Part shown: positions 9,198 to 17,688 of the stretch, one piece after another
Position numbering within the stretch: position 1 is the stretch's first letter
Layout: each line of letters opens with the position of its first letter
Source of the DNA: Myxococcota bacterium
GTDB lineage: Bacteria > Myxococcota_A > UBA796 > SXON01
Assembly (NCBI GenBank): GCA_040386535.1
Contig: JAZKFH010000002.1
Span: 1 to 64,000 of the forward strand
Direction: 5' to 3'
Length of the DNA: 64,000 nucleotides
Notes under the pieces: generated by a model
The model's database searches: none
Told to the model about the DNA's origin: nothing
Seen by the model: only the letters and a program-made list of their open reading frames with translations
Program-made: the position numbers and the translations under genes

Positions 9198-11794
9198 GCT
9201 TCGACGCCGCCGACACCCCCATGTTCCGGCAGTACCGGGATCTGAAGGCCCAGTACCCCGACGCGCTCCTGTTCTTCCGCATGGGAGACTTCTACGAGTT
9301 GTTCGGCCCCGACGCGGTGTGGACGGCGGCGGCGCTCGAGCTCACGTTGACCGCGCGCAACAAGGAGTCGGCGGATCCGGTGCCGATGTGTGGGGTGCCG
9401 CACCACGCGGCCGAGGGGTACATCCGCCGCGTCGTGGAGATGGGCCGCAAGGTGGCTGTGGCCGACCAGGTGGAGGATCCGAAGCTCGCCAAGGGGATCG
9501 TGAAGCGTGAGGTGGTGCGCGTCGTGACGCCCGGGCTGTCCGGCGAGCATGCGGACTCGCACGAGTCAGCGTTCCTCGTCGCGATCGGCGGCGGGCCGGG
9601 CGGGTACGGGCTCGCGCTCCTCGACGCGTCGACCGGCGATTTGCGTGTCACCGAGCCGCGCACGTTGGACGATCTGGTCGGCGAGCTCGGCCGCATCGAG
9701 CCCCGCGAGGCGCTGCTCGCAGCGGGGGTGGACGATCCGGCGCTCCGGACGGCGCTCGGCGTCGCGCCGATCACGATGCTCGACACGTTCGTGGCGGACA
9801 CGGCGGGGATCGCGGCGCGCTTCGGCGCCGACCACGGCGTCGGTGTGGCGGGCTTGGGCGCGGTGAGCGCCTTGCTCCACTACGCCACGACCTACCTGAA
9901 GTCGCCGCTCGCCAACGTGGTGGCGCTCAAGCCCTACGTGCTCGGCGGCGCGCTCGGCATCGACGAGGCCACGCGTCGCAACCTGGAGTTGTTCCGGCCC
10001 CTCCGCGGCACTGGCCGCAAGGGCACGCTCCTCGGGCTGCTCGACACCGCGCGCACCGCCATGGGCGGCCGCCTCGTGCGGGAGTGGCTCGGCGCGCCGC
10101 TGCTCGACGTGGGCGCGATCACCGCGCGCCAGGACGCCGTGTCCGCCTTCGTCGCGGAGCCGAACGGGCGCCGGGCCGTCATCGCCGCGCTCGCGGAGGT
10201 GGCCGACATCGAGCGCATCGCCGCGCGCGTGTCGCTCGGAAATGTCACCCCGCGGGACCTCGGCGCGCTGCGTACGTCGCTGCTACGGCTGCCCGACATC
10301 GCGGCCTCGTTGACCGAATTGGATCGCCGCGGTGACACCGCCGCCGCCCTCGCGTCGCGGCTCCCGCCCGATCTGGCGCGTGACATCGCCGCCGACCTCG
10401 ACCGCTGGCTTGTCGACGAGCCGCCGCCCACCCAGGCGGAGGGCGGGATCATCCGGCCCGGCGTGCACGAGGAGCTCGATCACCTGCGCGGGCTCTCGCT
10501 CGACGCGAAGGGCGCGATCGCCGCGATGGAGGGCGCGCTCCGCGAGGAGACCGGCGTCAGCAGCCTGAAGATCCGCCACAACGGCGTGTTCGGTTACTAC
10601 ATCGAGGTCACCAAGGCGAACCTGCACAAGGTGCCGCCGTCGTGGCATCGCAAGCAGACCATCGCCGGCGGCGAGCGCTACATCACCCCCGCGCTCAAGG
10701 AGTACGAGGAGCAGGTGTCGGGCGCGGACGGGCGGCGCATCGAGCTCGAAGCGGAGCTGTTCGCGGCGCTGCGGGCGCGGGCGGCGGCCGAGGTCGCGCG
10801 GCTCCAAATCGTGGCGCGTGGCGTCGCCGAGTTGGACGTGCTCGCTTCGTTCGCGGAGCTGGCCGTGCGCAGCCGGTGGGTGCGCCCCACGGTCGACACG
10901 AGTGTCACGTTGGACATCCAAGCCGGCCGGCACCCCGTGGTCGAGGCGACCCTCCAGGGCGAGCGCTTCGTCCCGAACGACGTGCGGCTCGACGAGCGTG
11001 GCCGGCTCGTGCTCCTGACAGGGCCGAACATGGCGGGCAAGAGCACGCTGATGCGCCAGATCGCGCAGATCGTCCTGCTCGCCCAGGTGGGTGCGTTCGT
11101 TCCGGCGACCACCGCGCGCATCGGGGTGTGTGACAAGATCTTCGTGCGTGTGGGTGCCAGCGACGACGTGGCGCACGGCCAATCCACGTTCATGGTCGAG
11201 ATGAGCGAGACCGCGAACATCCTCGTCGGTGCCACGAACCGCTCGCTCGTGCTGCTCGACGAGATCGGGCGCGGCACGTCGACCTACGACGGGCTTGCCA
11301 TCGCCTGGGCGGTGGCGGAGGACCTGCACGATCGCATCGAGTGCCGCGGCGTGTTCGCGACGCACTACCACGAGCTGGCCGCCCTCCCCGAGACCTGCCC
11401 GCACGTGCGGAACCTGCACGTCGCGGTGACCGAACACGGCGAGAAGATCGTGTTCCTGCGCAAGCTCAAGGAGGGGGCCGCGAGCGGCTCGTACGGCATC
11501 CAATGTGCGCGGCTCGCGGGGCTCCCAGCGCCAGTGGTCAAGCGCGCGAAGGCGTTGCTCCAACAACTCGAGAAGCGCCGACCCAAGCCGGAGGCCACCC
11601 AACTCTCGCTCTTCGGGGGCGGTGGTGGCGGCGGTGGAGAGGCGGAGACGAGGCTCGTCGAGGTGCACGTGGAGCCCGCCCTGGCGCCGCTGGTGGACCG
11701 CGTCCGCGAGGCTGTCACCGCGCTCGATCCCGACACGATGAGCCCGCGCGACGCGCTGGTGGCGCTCTACCGGCTGCGGGATCTGCTGGGGTGA
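9194..11794 (+). CDS. mutS: DNA mismatch repair protein MutS
   Basis: TPMFRQY, FFRMGDFYELF, GPNMAGKST, STFMVEM, DEIGRGT, ATHYHEL; GTGA overlap with rsmB. Confidence 0.97.
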   Translation: MSFDAADTPMFRQYRDLKAQYPDALLFFRMGDFYELFGPDAVWTAAALELTLTARNKESADPVPMCGVPHHAAEGYIRRVVEMGRKVAVADQVEDPKLAKGIVKREVVRVVTPGLSGEHADSHESAFLVAIGGGPGGYGLALLDASTGDLRVTEPRTLDDLVGELGRIEPREALLAAGVDDPALRTALGVAPITMLDTFVADTAGIAARFGADHGVGVAGLGAVSALLHYATTYLKSPLANVVALKPYVLGGALGIDEATRRNLELFRPLRGTGRKGTLLGLLDTARTAMGGRLVREWLGAPLLDVGAITARQDAVSAFVAEPNGRRAVIAALAEVADIERIAARVSLGNVTPRDLGALRTSLLRLPDIAASLTELDRRGDTAAALASRLPPDLARDIAADLDRWLVDEPPPTQAEGGIIRPGVHEELDHLRGLSLDAKGAIAAMEGALREETGVSSLKIRHNGVFGYYIEVTKANLHKVPPSWHRKQTIAGGERYITPALKEYEEQVSGADGRRIELEAELFAALRARAAAEVARLQIVARGVAELDVLASFAELAVRSRWVRPTVDTSVTLDIQAGRHPVVEATLQGERFVPNDVRLDERGRLVLLTGPNMAGKSTLMRQIAQIVLLAQVGAFVPATTARIGVCDKIFVRVGASDDVAHGQSTFMVEMSETANILVGATNRSLVLLDEIGRGTSTYDGLAIAWAVAEDLHDRIECRGVFATHYHELAALPETCPHVRNLHVAVTEHGEKIVFLRKLKEGAASGSYGIQCARLAGLPAPVVKRAKALLQQLEKRRPKPEATQLSLFGGGGGGGGEAETRLVEVHVEPALAPLVDRVREAVTALDPDTMSPRDALVALYRLRDLLG

Positions 11795-12702
11795 GCGGCA
11801 CGACCACGATCGACGCGGCGATCGAGGGGTACCGCCACTGGGCCCGGGTCGAACGGGGCCTCGCGGCCAACACCGTGATGGCCTACCACACCGACCTGGT
11901 GCGGCTCGCGACCTGGCTGGAAGGGCGCGGGATCCGGCGGCCGGAGCAGGTCCAACACGCCGACCTGACCGCCTACGTGGCGCACCTCGTGGACGACGTC
12001 GGGCTCGACCTGCGCAGCGTCGCCCGCCACCGGAGCGCGTTCCGCCAGTTCTTCAAGTTCCTGATTCGGGAAGGGGAGTTGCGGACCGATCCCTCCCCCC
12101 GTGTCGAGGGCAAGGTGCCGCCGCGGAAGCTGCCGACCGTGCTCTCCGAGGCGCAGGTGGAGGCGCTGCTCGGCGCGCCGAATGTCGAGGAGTCGCTCGG
12201 CCTCCGGGACGCCGCGATGATCGAGCTGATGTACAGCTCGGGCCTCCGCGTAACCGAGCTCGTGACGCTCCCGCTCGCTTCAGTGCACCTCGAAGGCGGG
12301 TTCTTGCGGGTGCGTGGCAAGGGCGGCAAGGAGCGGCTCATCCCGATGGGAGAAGAGGCGGGGGCGAAGGTTGCGACCTACGTCCGGAGCGTGCGCGGTG
12401 GGCAGGATCCCCACTTGCGCGAGCCCGCCCTTTTCTTGTCACGTTTGGGCTCGGCGATGACGCGCCAGAACTTCTGGGAACGGCTCGTGGGCTACGCCCG
12501 CGTGGCCGGCGTGCATGCGCGCGTGACGCCGCACCAGCTCCGCCACGCCTTCGCGACCCACCTGTTGGAGCACGGCGCCGACTTGCGCCACGTCCAGGCC
12601 ATGCTCGGGCACGCCGATATCAGCACGACCCAGATCTACACGCACGTGGCGCGCGAGCGGCTCAAGCGGGTGCATGCGGAGTTCCATCCGCGGGGGTCGT
12701 GA
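11791..12702 (+). CDS. xerD: Tyrosine recombinase XerD
   Basis: ERGLAANTVMAY, GLRVTEL, GKGGKER, TRQNFW, HQLRHAFATHLL, LGHADISTTQIYTH; catalytic set intact. Confidence 0.92.
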   Translation: MSGTTTIDAAIEGYRHWARVERGLAANTVMAYHTDLVRLATWLEGRGIRRPEQVQHADLTAYVAHLVDDVGLDLRSVARHRSAFRQFFKFLIREGELRTDPSPRVEGKVPPRKLPTVLSEAQVEALLGAPNVEESLGLRDAAMIELMYSSGLRVTELVTLPLASVHLEGGFLRVRGKGGKERLIPMGEEAGAKVATYVRSVRGGQDPHLREPALFLSRLGSAMTRQNFWERLVGYARVAGVHARVTPHQLRHAFATHLLEHGADLRHVQAMLGHADISTTQIYTHVARERLKRVHAEFHPRGS

Positions 12703-12731
12703 TCTCGCGTACGGTCGAGAAAGGCCGATTG

Positions 12732-12804
12732 AACCGCCAAGGCGCCAAGACGCAAAGGGCAGGAAAGCGAGGCGGGACGGGCCTTCCTTGGCGCCTTGGC
12801 GGTT
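12732..12804. terminator. Perfect 18-bp inverted repeat between convergent genes (terminator or REP-like)
   Basis: AACCGCCAAGGCGCCAAG (12732-12749) pairs with CTTGGCGCCTTGGCGGTT (12787-12804). Confidence 0.7.
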
Positions 12805-12819
12805 TCCACCCTCCGGGGG

Positions 12820-14427
12820 TCACTTCACCGCCCACCACGTCACGGTCCCCTGCGAGGTCCCCGGCCCGAACGCCGAGCGAAGGCACACCTCCTCCGCAGG
12901 GTCGAGGTTGCAGTCGCGGTGGCCGTGCGCCACGACGGCGGTGAAGCCGGCCGCGCGGATCGCTTCGAGCACCGTGGGGTCGCAGGATTTGAGGCCCGCG
13001 TCGACGCGGCGGGCGAAGTCGCGATCCGCGGCGGGCCACGCCTCGTACGCGGGGCGCATCACGACGGGGACCGATCGTTTGTGCGCGATGGCTTCGAGCA
13101 GGAAGTGGGTGGCGCCTTCGCGGCAGCGCGGTCCGGACACGGGGAGGTCGAGCACGGGGCCGGTGCCGACGGCGAGCGCGACGGTGGAGGGGTCGTGGAC
13201 GACCGCGGACGTGGCCAGGGGGAGGGGGCGCGGGTCGCCGACCCAACCGTCGGCCCAGAGGAGCGCGACCAGCGCGAGGGCGCCGCGTGGGCCCCAGGGG
13301 ATGGCGGCTGCTGAGGCGGCGAGGCCGACGAGAGCGCCGATGAGGAAGCGGTAGGGTGTGCCGCTCGCGGCGATGGTGGGCGAGAGCGCCTCGATTGCGG
13401 CGTACGGGAGCGGAACGACGGTGCCGGCGCCGAACGCGAGCACGAGGCACGCGAGGCCGACGAGCAGCGGCGCGCGGAGCCACCGGATGCCCGCGAGGGC
13501 CGCGACGATCAGCGGCACGCCGAGGTAGCCGGTGTGCACGACGCCGTTGGCGAGGCGCGGCGGGAGCCCGGGCGCGAAGAACAGATCCGTCAGGAGCACG
13601 GCACGTTTGACCTGGGCGCCCACGGGCGCGGCATCGACGCTGCCGAAGGGGGCGAACAGGCGGACCACGGGGTCGAAGTTGGGGGCGTGGTAGCGGGAGG
13701 CGGAGAGGGCGCCCAGCGCGGCGGCGCCGACGAGGGCGAGCCAGCGTGCGGCGACGAAGAAGGCGGCGCGCCGATCGGAGCGCTCGGCCGCCACCGCGAC
13801 GACCGCCCACACCGTGAGCCCCGCGCACGCCGCGAGCGCCACGTGCGGCGCGGCGGTCCCGACGGCGAGCGTGGTGACAGCCAGCAGCGGGACGCCGATC
13901 CACGGGCGGCGGGCGCCGAAGCTCGCGACCGCCCAGAGAAGCGCTGCGCCGCCGAGCACGGCCTGCTCGAGCTGCCCGTTCGCGAGGGTGGTGTGCACCC
14001 ACGGGTTGAACGCGATCGCGGCGCCGAGCACGAAGCGGCTCCATCCGCCGAGGCGCAGGGCCGCGCCGAGGAGCCAGCCGCATACGGCGTTGAAGGCGGG
14101 GATGAGGACGAACACGAGGTTGAGCGCGAGGACGGGCCCCACCACCGAGGCGAGCAGATCGGCCGGCCAGAGGAGGGGCCTGAACTCCGCGCCGCCTGCG
14201 ATGTCGAGCGTGCGCGCGCGGTTGGCGAACGAGAACGGGAGCGTGCCGTCGGCGAAGCCGAGCGCGATGTGGTGGCCGTCGGTGAAGGTGGTGTCGGGGA
14301 GCAGCGCGCGCATGTCGGTGGGAACGGGCCACACCGCCGCGGCGCCGATGGCGACGGCGCCGACGAGGAGCACCAGGAGGGGCGGCCAGGAGCCCTGCTT
14401 CTTTTGCCCCCCGGAAGCCTCGCTCAT
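12820..14427 (-). CDS. Polytopic membrane protein, GT-C/YfhO-like (paralog B)
   Basis: Many TM helices; TDGH, RPLLWP, NGQLEQA, PYRF, GPVLDLP; ATGA overlap with paralog A. Confidence 0.7.
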   Translation of the reverse strand: MSEASGGQKKQGSWPPLLVLLVGAVAIGAAAVWPVPTDMRALLPDTTFTDGHHIALGFADGTLPFSFANRARTLDIAGGAEFRPLLWPADLLASVVGPVLALNLVFVLIPAFNAVCGWLLGAALRLGGWSRFVLGAAIAFNPWVHTTLANGQLEQAVLGGAALLWAVASFGARRPWIGVPLLAVTTLAVGTAAPHVALAACAGLTVWAVVAVAAERSDRRAAFFVAARWLALVGAAALGALSASRYHAPNFDPVVRLFAPFGSVDAAPVGAQVKRAVLLTDLFFAPGLPPRLANGVVHTGYLGVPLIVAALAGIRWLRAPLLVGLACLVLAFGAGTVVPLPYAAIEALSPTIAASGTPYRFLIGALVGLAASAAAIPWGPRGALALVALLWADGWVGDPRPLPLATSAVVHDPSTVALAVGTGPVLDLPVSGPRCREGATHFLLEAIAHKRSVPVVMRPAYEAWPAADRDFARRVDAGLKSCDPTVLEAIRAAGFTAVVAHGHRDCNLDPAEEVCLRSAFGPGTSQGTVTWWAVK

Positions 14428-16031
14428 TCGAGGGCCCACCACGTGACCCCGCCCTCGGTGGTGCCCGGCCCGAGCGCGGCTTCGAGGCACGGCGCCACGC
14501 GCGGCGGCGCGGGGCAATCGCGGTCGTGGCGGTGGAGCACGAGCGTGGTGAACGGCCACTTGTCCACCATCGCCCGGAGCTGGGCGGGGCAATCCTCGCC
14601 GCCGCTCCACGCGCGGTTGAGTCCGGCGACCAGCCCAGGCACCGCGGCGTAGCCGGCGCGCGGATTGGTGAGCTGGAGGGGCACCGGGCGCCCGGTGGCC
14701 GCCGCTTCGAGCAGGTAGTGCGCGGTTCCGTTGGGGCAGGTCGGCCCGGCGAGCGGGAGGTCGAGCACCGGGCCCGTGCCGGCCGCGAGCGCCGCACGGG
14801 AGGCGTCGGCGTACGCCGATTGGGACCGGAGGGGGAGGGGACGGGTGGCCCCCGCGGCGGCCTCACCGAGCGCGAGCGCGATGGCGACGAGCGCCACGGA
14901 CACCGACCGCGGCCCCGCGGACGCGACCACGGCGAGCGCGAGCACCGCGCCCATGACCAGCCGGTAGGCGCTCAGGCTCTGCGAGATCGTGGGCGCCAGC
15001 GCGGCGAGCGCGGCCCACGGGAGGGGGATCGTCGCGCCCGCGAGCGTGATGGCCGGCCCGAGCGAGAAGAGCACCAGGACCGCGGCGACCACGAGCCCGC
15101 CGCGCGCCGAACGTTCCCGCCCGGCCGCCCAGGCGGCGGTTCCGAGCAGCACCCAGCCGAGCCAATTCGGGTGCAAGACCGGCGGCGCGACGCGCACGTC
15201 CGGCGGCAGGAGCAGCCCGCGCAACGAGGTCACCTCGGGCAGGTCCGCGAGCCCGGTGGGGCGCCCCTCGCTGCCCTTCGGCGCGAACACGTGGATGCCC
15301 GGCGCGAAGGAGGGGGCGTGGTAGGCCTGCACCGCGAGCGCGCCGAGGGCGACCGACCCGAGCACGACGAGCCAGCGGCCGCGGCGTCGTGGTGGGCCTT
15401 CCGCGCGGCGCGGCGCCATCTCGACGAGCGCCCAGAGCCCGATGACGAGGCAGCCCGCGAGCGCCACGTGGGGGGCCGCCCACCCGAGGAGCGCCGTCGT
15501 GACACCGGGGAGCACGGGCGCCCACCACGACGGCGACCGCGCCGCGAAGATCGCCGCGGCCAGCTGGAGCGCCGCGCCGCCGAGGATGGCCTGCTCCACC
15601 TGCCCGTTCGCGAGCGTCTCGAGCACCCACGGGTGGAACGCCAGCAGGCCGCCGAGCAACGCACACCCCGCGGGGCCGCGCCCGAGCACCTTCCCGAGCA
15701 GCCACCCCCCCGCGAGGTTGAAGGCCGGCACGAGCGCGAAGGTGACGGCGAGCGCGAGGGGCGCGCCGAGGAGGGCCCCGAGGAGCGTCGTGGGCCAGAG
15801 GAGCGGGCGGAGATCGGCGCCGGTGGGCCACGCGACGACCGGCGTGTGGAAGGTCGGGAGGATGCCCGCGCGGAGCGGCTGCGCCCAGAGCGAGATCCCG
15901 AGCAGGTGGCCGTCCGTGAAGCGGGTGAACGGCGCCCGCGCGGTCGGATCCTCCCAGACGGGCAGGATGAGGCCCGCCCCGACGGCGATCGCGACCAGCA
16001 GCAGGATTGGGAGGAGGAGGGGGCGGCGCAC
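14424..16031 (-). CDS. Polytopic membrane protein, GT-C/YfhO-like (paralog A)
   Basis: GTG 16031 after AGGAGG; shares TDGH, RPLLWP, NGQVEQA, GPVLDLP with the downstream gene. Confidence 0.7.
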   Translation of the reverse strand: MRRPLLLPILLLVAIAVGAGLILPVWEDPTARAPFTRFTDGHLLGISLWAQPLRAGILPTFHTPVVAWPTGADLRPLLWPTTLLGALLGAPLALAVTFALVPAFNLAGGWLLGKVLGRGPAGCALLGGLLAFHPWVLETLANGQVEQAILGGAALQLAAAIFAARSPSWWAPVLPGVTTALLGWAAPHVALAGCLVIGLWALVEMAPRRAEGPPRRRGRWLVVLGSVALGALAVQAYHAPSFAPGIHVFAPKGSEGRPTGLADLPEVTSLRGLLLPPDVRVAPPVLHPNWLGWVLLGTAAWAAGRERSARGGLVVAAVLVLFSLGPAITLAGATIPLPWAALAALAPTISQSLSAYRLVMGAVLALAVVASAGPRSVSVALVAIALALGEAAAGATRPLPLRSQSAYADASRAALAAGTGPVLDLPLAGPTCPNGTAHYLLEAAATGRPVPLQLTNPRAGYAAVPGLVAGLNRAWSGGEDCPAQLRAMVDKWPFTTLVLHRHDRDCPAPPRVAPCLEAALGPGTTEGGVTWWALE

Positions 16032-16112
16032 CGGTCCTCTCCTACCTCCTCGGCTCGCGACGCGCCGCCGGCCGGCGCGGGGGAACGTGCCTGTCAAGAA
16101 ACTGTGGGTGTC

Positions 16113-16121
16113 TGCTATACT
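16113..16121 (+). promoter_or_regulatory. Extended -10 element TGnTATACT, 6 nt before the GTG start
   Basis: TGCTATACT-gccagg-GTG with no SD. Confidence 0.65.
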
Positions 16122-16127
16122 GCCAGG

Positions 16128-17621
16128 GTGTTCCTCCTCTTGGCCGGCTGTGTGTCGGCGCCCTCCGACCACGAAATCGACACGTCGGCGCTCGCGGGGG
16201 CACCAGGCGCGACCGTGGCCTCGGTTCGTAGCGACACGGCGGGCACCCCGCCGCCCGACGCGCAGGTGTTGCCCGACCTCTGGAGCGATGTCCCCATCGT
16301 GATCGGCGCGGGTCCGTCCGGGCTCGCGGTCGCGATGGATCTGGGCGAGGCGCTGGTGCTCGAGGCCGCCGACGTGACCGGCGGGCGGGCGCGTTGGGCG
16401 GGCGGGTTCCTGTACATGGTGGGCACGGAGGAGCAGGCGGCGCTCGGCATGACGGAGACGGCGGAGCTCGCCGAGGCCGAGTGGGAAGCGCTCACCGGCG
16501 CCCCGCCCACCCAGGCCACGCACACGTTCCTCGCCGCCACCGACGGCATCCGCGATCGGCTCGTCGGGATGGGCATCGTGCTCCGCCTCGACCGCCCCGA
16601 GCCCCTCAGCCGGCGGCTTCGCCTCCATGCGCCCACGACCCTCGGCCTGGGCCTCGTCGAGACCCTGGCGGCCAACCTGCCCGAGGGCGTCGAGGTGCGC
16701 TTGTCGACCCCGGTGCACGGCCTCGTGTTCGTGGACGGGCAGGCCGCCGGGGTGCGCACCGACGCCGGCTGGATCTTCTCGGACACGGTCATCGTGGCGT
16801 CCGGCGGCTTCGTGGATCGCGCGGACCTCGTGGAGCTGCACTCGGGGTGGGGCCCCGGCGCGTGGCGCATGGGCGAGGACCAGGGCGCGGACGGCGCCGC
16901 GGTGGACTGGGCGCTCGAATACGGGCTCGGCACCGCGCACCTCGACACGCTCGGCACCTACCGCGACGTGATGGGCCTCGCGGGCGCCGACGGGGGGGCG
17001 ATGCGCGTCGAGGGCACCAGCACGCCGTGGGTGTGGGTCGACAGCACCGGCACGCGCTTCGTGGACGAGTCCGCTACCTGGAGCGTGCTGCTCTCCGGGC
17101 TCGCCGACTCGCGCCCGAACGTGTGGGCGGTGACGACGTACGAGTCCATCTCGGCGAACGTGTCGGACGAGGACCGCGCCGCGCTGGTGTCGGGCGAGAC
17201 CTGGCGGTGCGCGGACGACCTGGGCGCCCTCGCCGACGACATCGGCGTCGACGCGACCGCGCTCGCCGAGACGATGGACTCCGTGGCGGATCTGCGCGCG
17301 CGCCGGGCCGCCGATCCGCTCGGGCGCTCCTTCTCCACGTTCACGATCACGCCGGGCACCTGGTGCGCGTTCCGCCCCGGGAACGTCGCCGCCAAGAACT
17401 TCGGCGGCCTCGCGGTGGACGACGAGGGGCGCGTCCTGGACGCCGCGGGCGCCGCGGTCCCCGGGTTGTGGGCCGTCGGCGAGGCCGCCGGGATGGGCGT
17501 CCCGGGGCTGGGGGGCGCGTGGGGCTTCGACGGCAGCCTTTCCGCGGTGTTGTGGAGCGGATGGCGGACCGCGGCGAGTGTTCGGGCGGAGGCCGCGGGG
17601 ACGGTGGCCGAGGAGCCCTGA
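16128..17621 (+). CDS. FAD-dependent oxidoreductase lipoprotein (flavocytochrome c/KstD-like FAD-binding family)
   Basis: IGAGPSG dinucleotide-binding motif, VIVASGGF, GTRFVDE, GGLAVD, PGLWAVGE; N-terminus FLLLAGC. Confidence 0.8.
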   Translation: MFLLLAGCVSAPSDHEIDTSALAGAPGATVASVRSDTAGTPPPDAQVLPDLWSDVPIVIGAGPSGLAVAMDLGEALVLEAADVTGGRARWAGGFLYMVGTEEQAALGMTETAELAEAEWEALTGAPPTQATHTFLAATDGIRDRLVGMGIVLRLDRPEPLSRRLRLHAPTTLGLGLVETLAANLPEGVEVRLSTPVHGLVFVDGQAAGVRTDAGWIFSDTVIVASGGFVDRADLVELHSGWGPGAWRMGEDQGADGAAVDWALEYGLGTAHLDTLGTYRDVMGLAGADGGAMRVEGTSTPWVWVDSTGTRFVDESATWSVLLSGLADSRPNVWAVTTYESISANVSDEDRAALVSGETWRCADDLGALADDIGVDATALAETMDSVADLRARRAADPLGRSFSTFTITPGTWCAFRPGNVAAKNFGGLAVDDEGRVLDAAGAAVPGLWAVGEAAGMGVPGLGGAWGFDGSLSAVLWSGWRTAASVRAEAAGTVAEEP

Positions 17622-17688
17622 CACGCGGCGGTCGGCGCCGCGCCGGGCACCGCCGCGCGCGCGGTCGCCCAGACAAGATTGCCCGGAA

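Noticed and set aside
11791..12702. Prophage or island integrase
   Set aside because: XerD-specific motifs, coupled to mutS, with no att sites or mobile genes.
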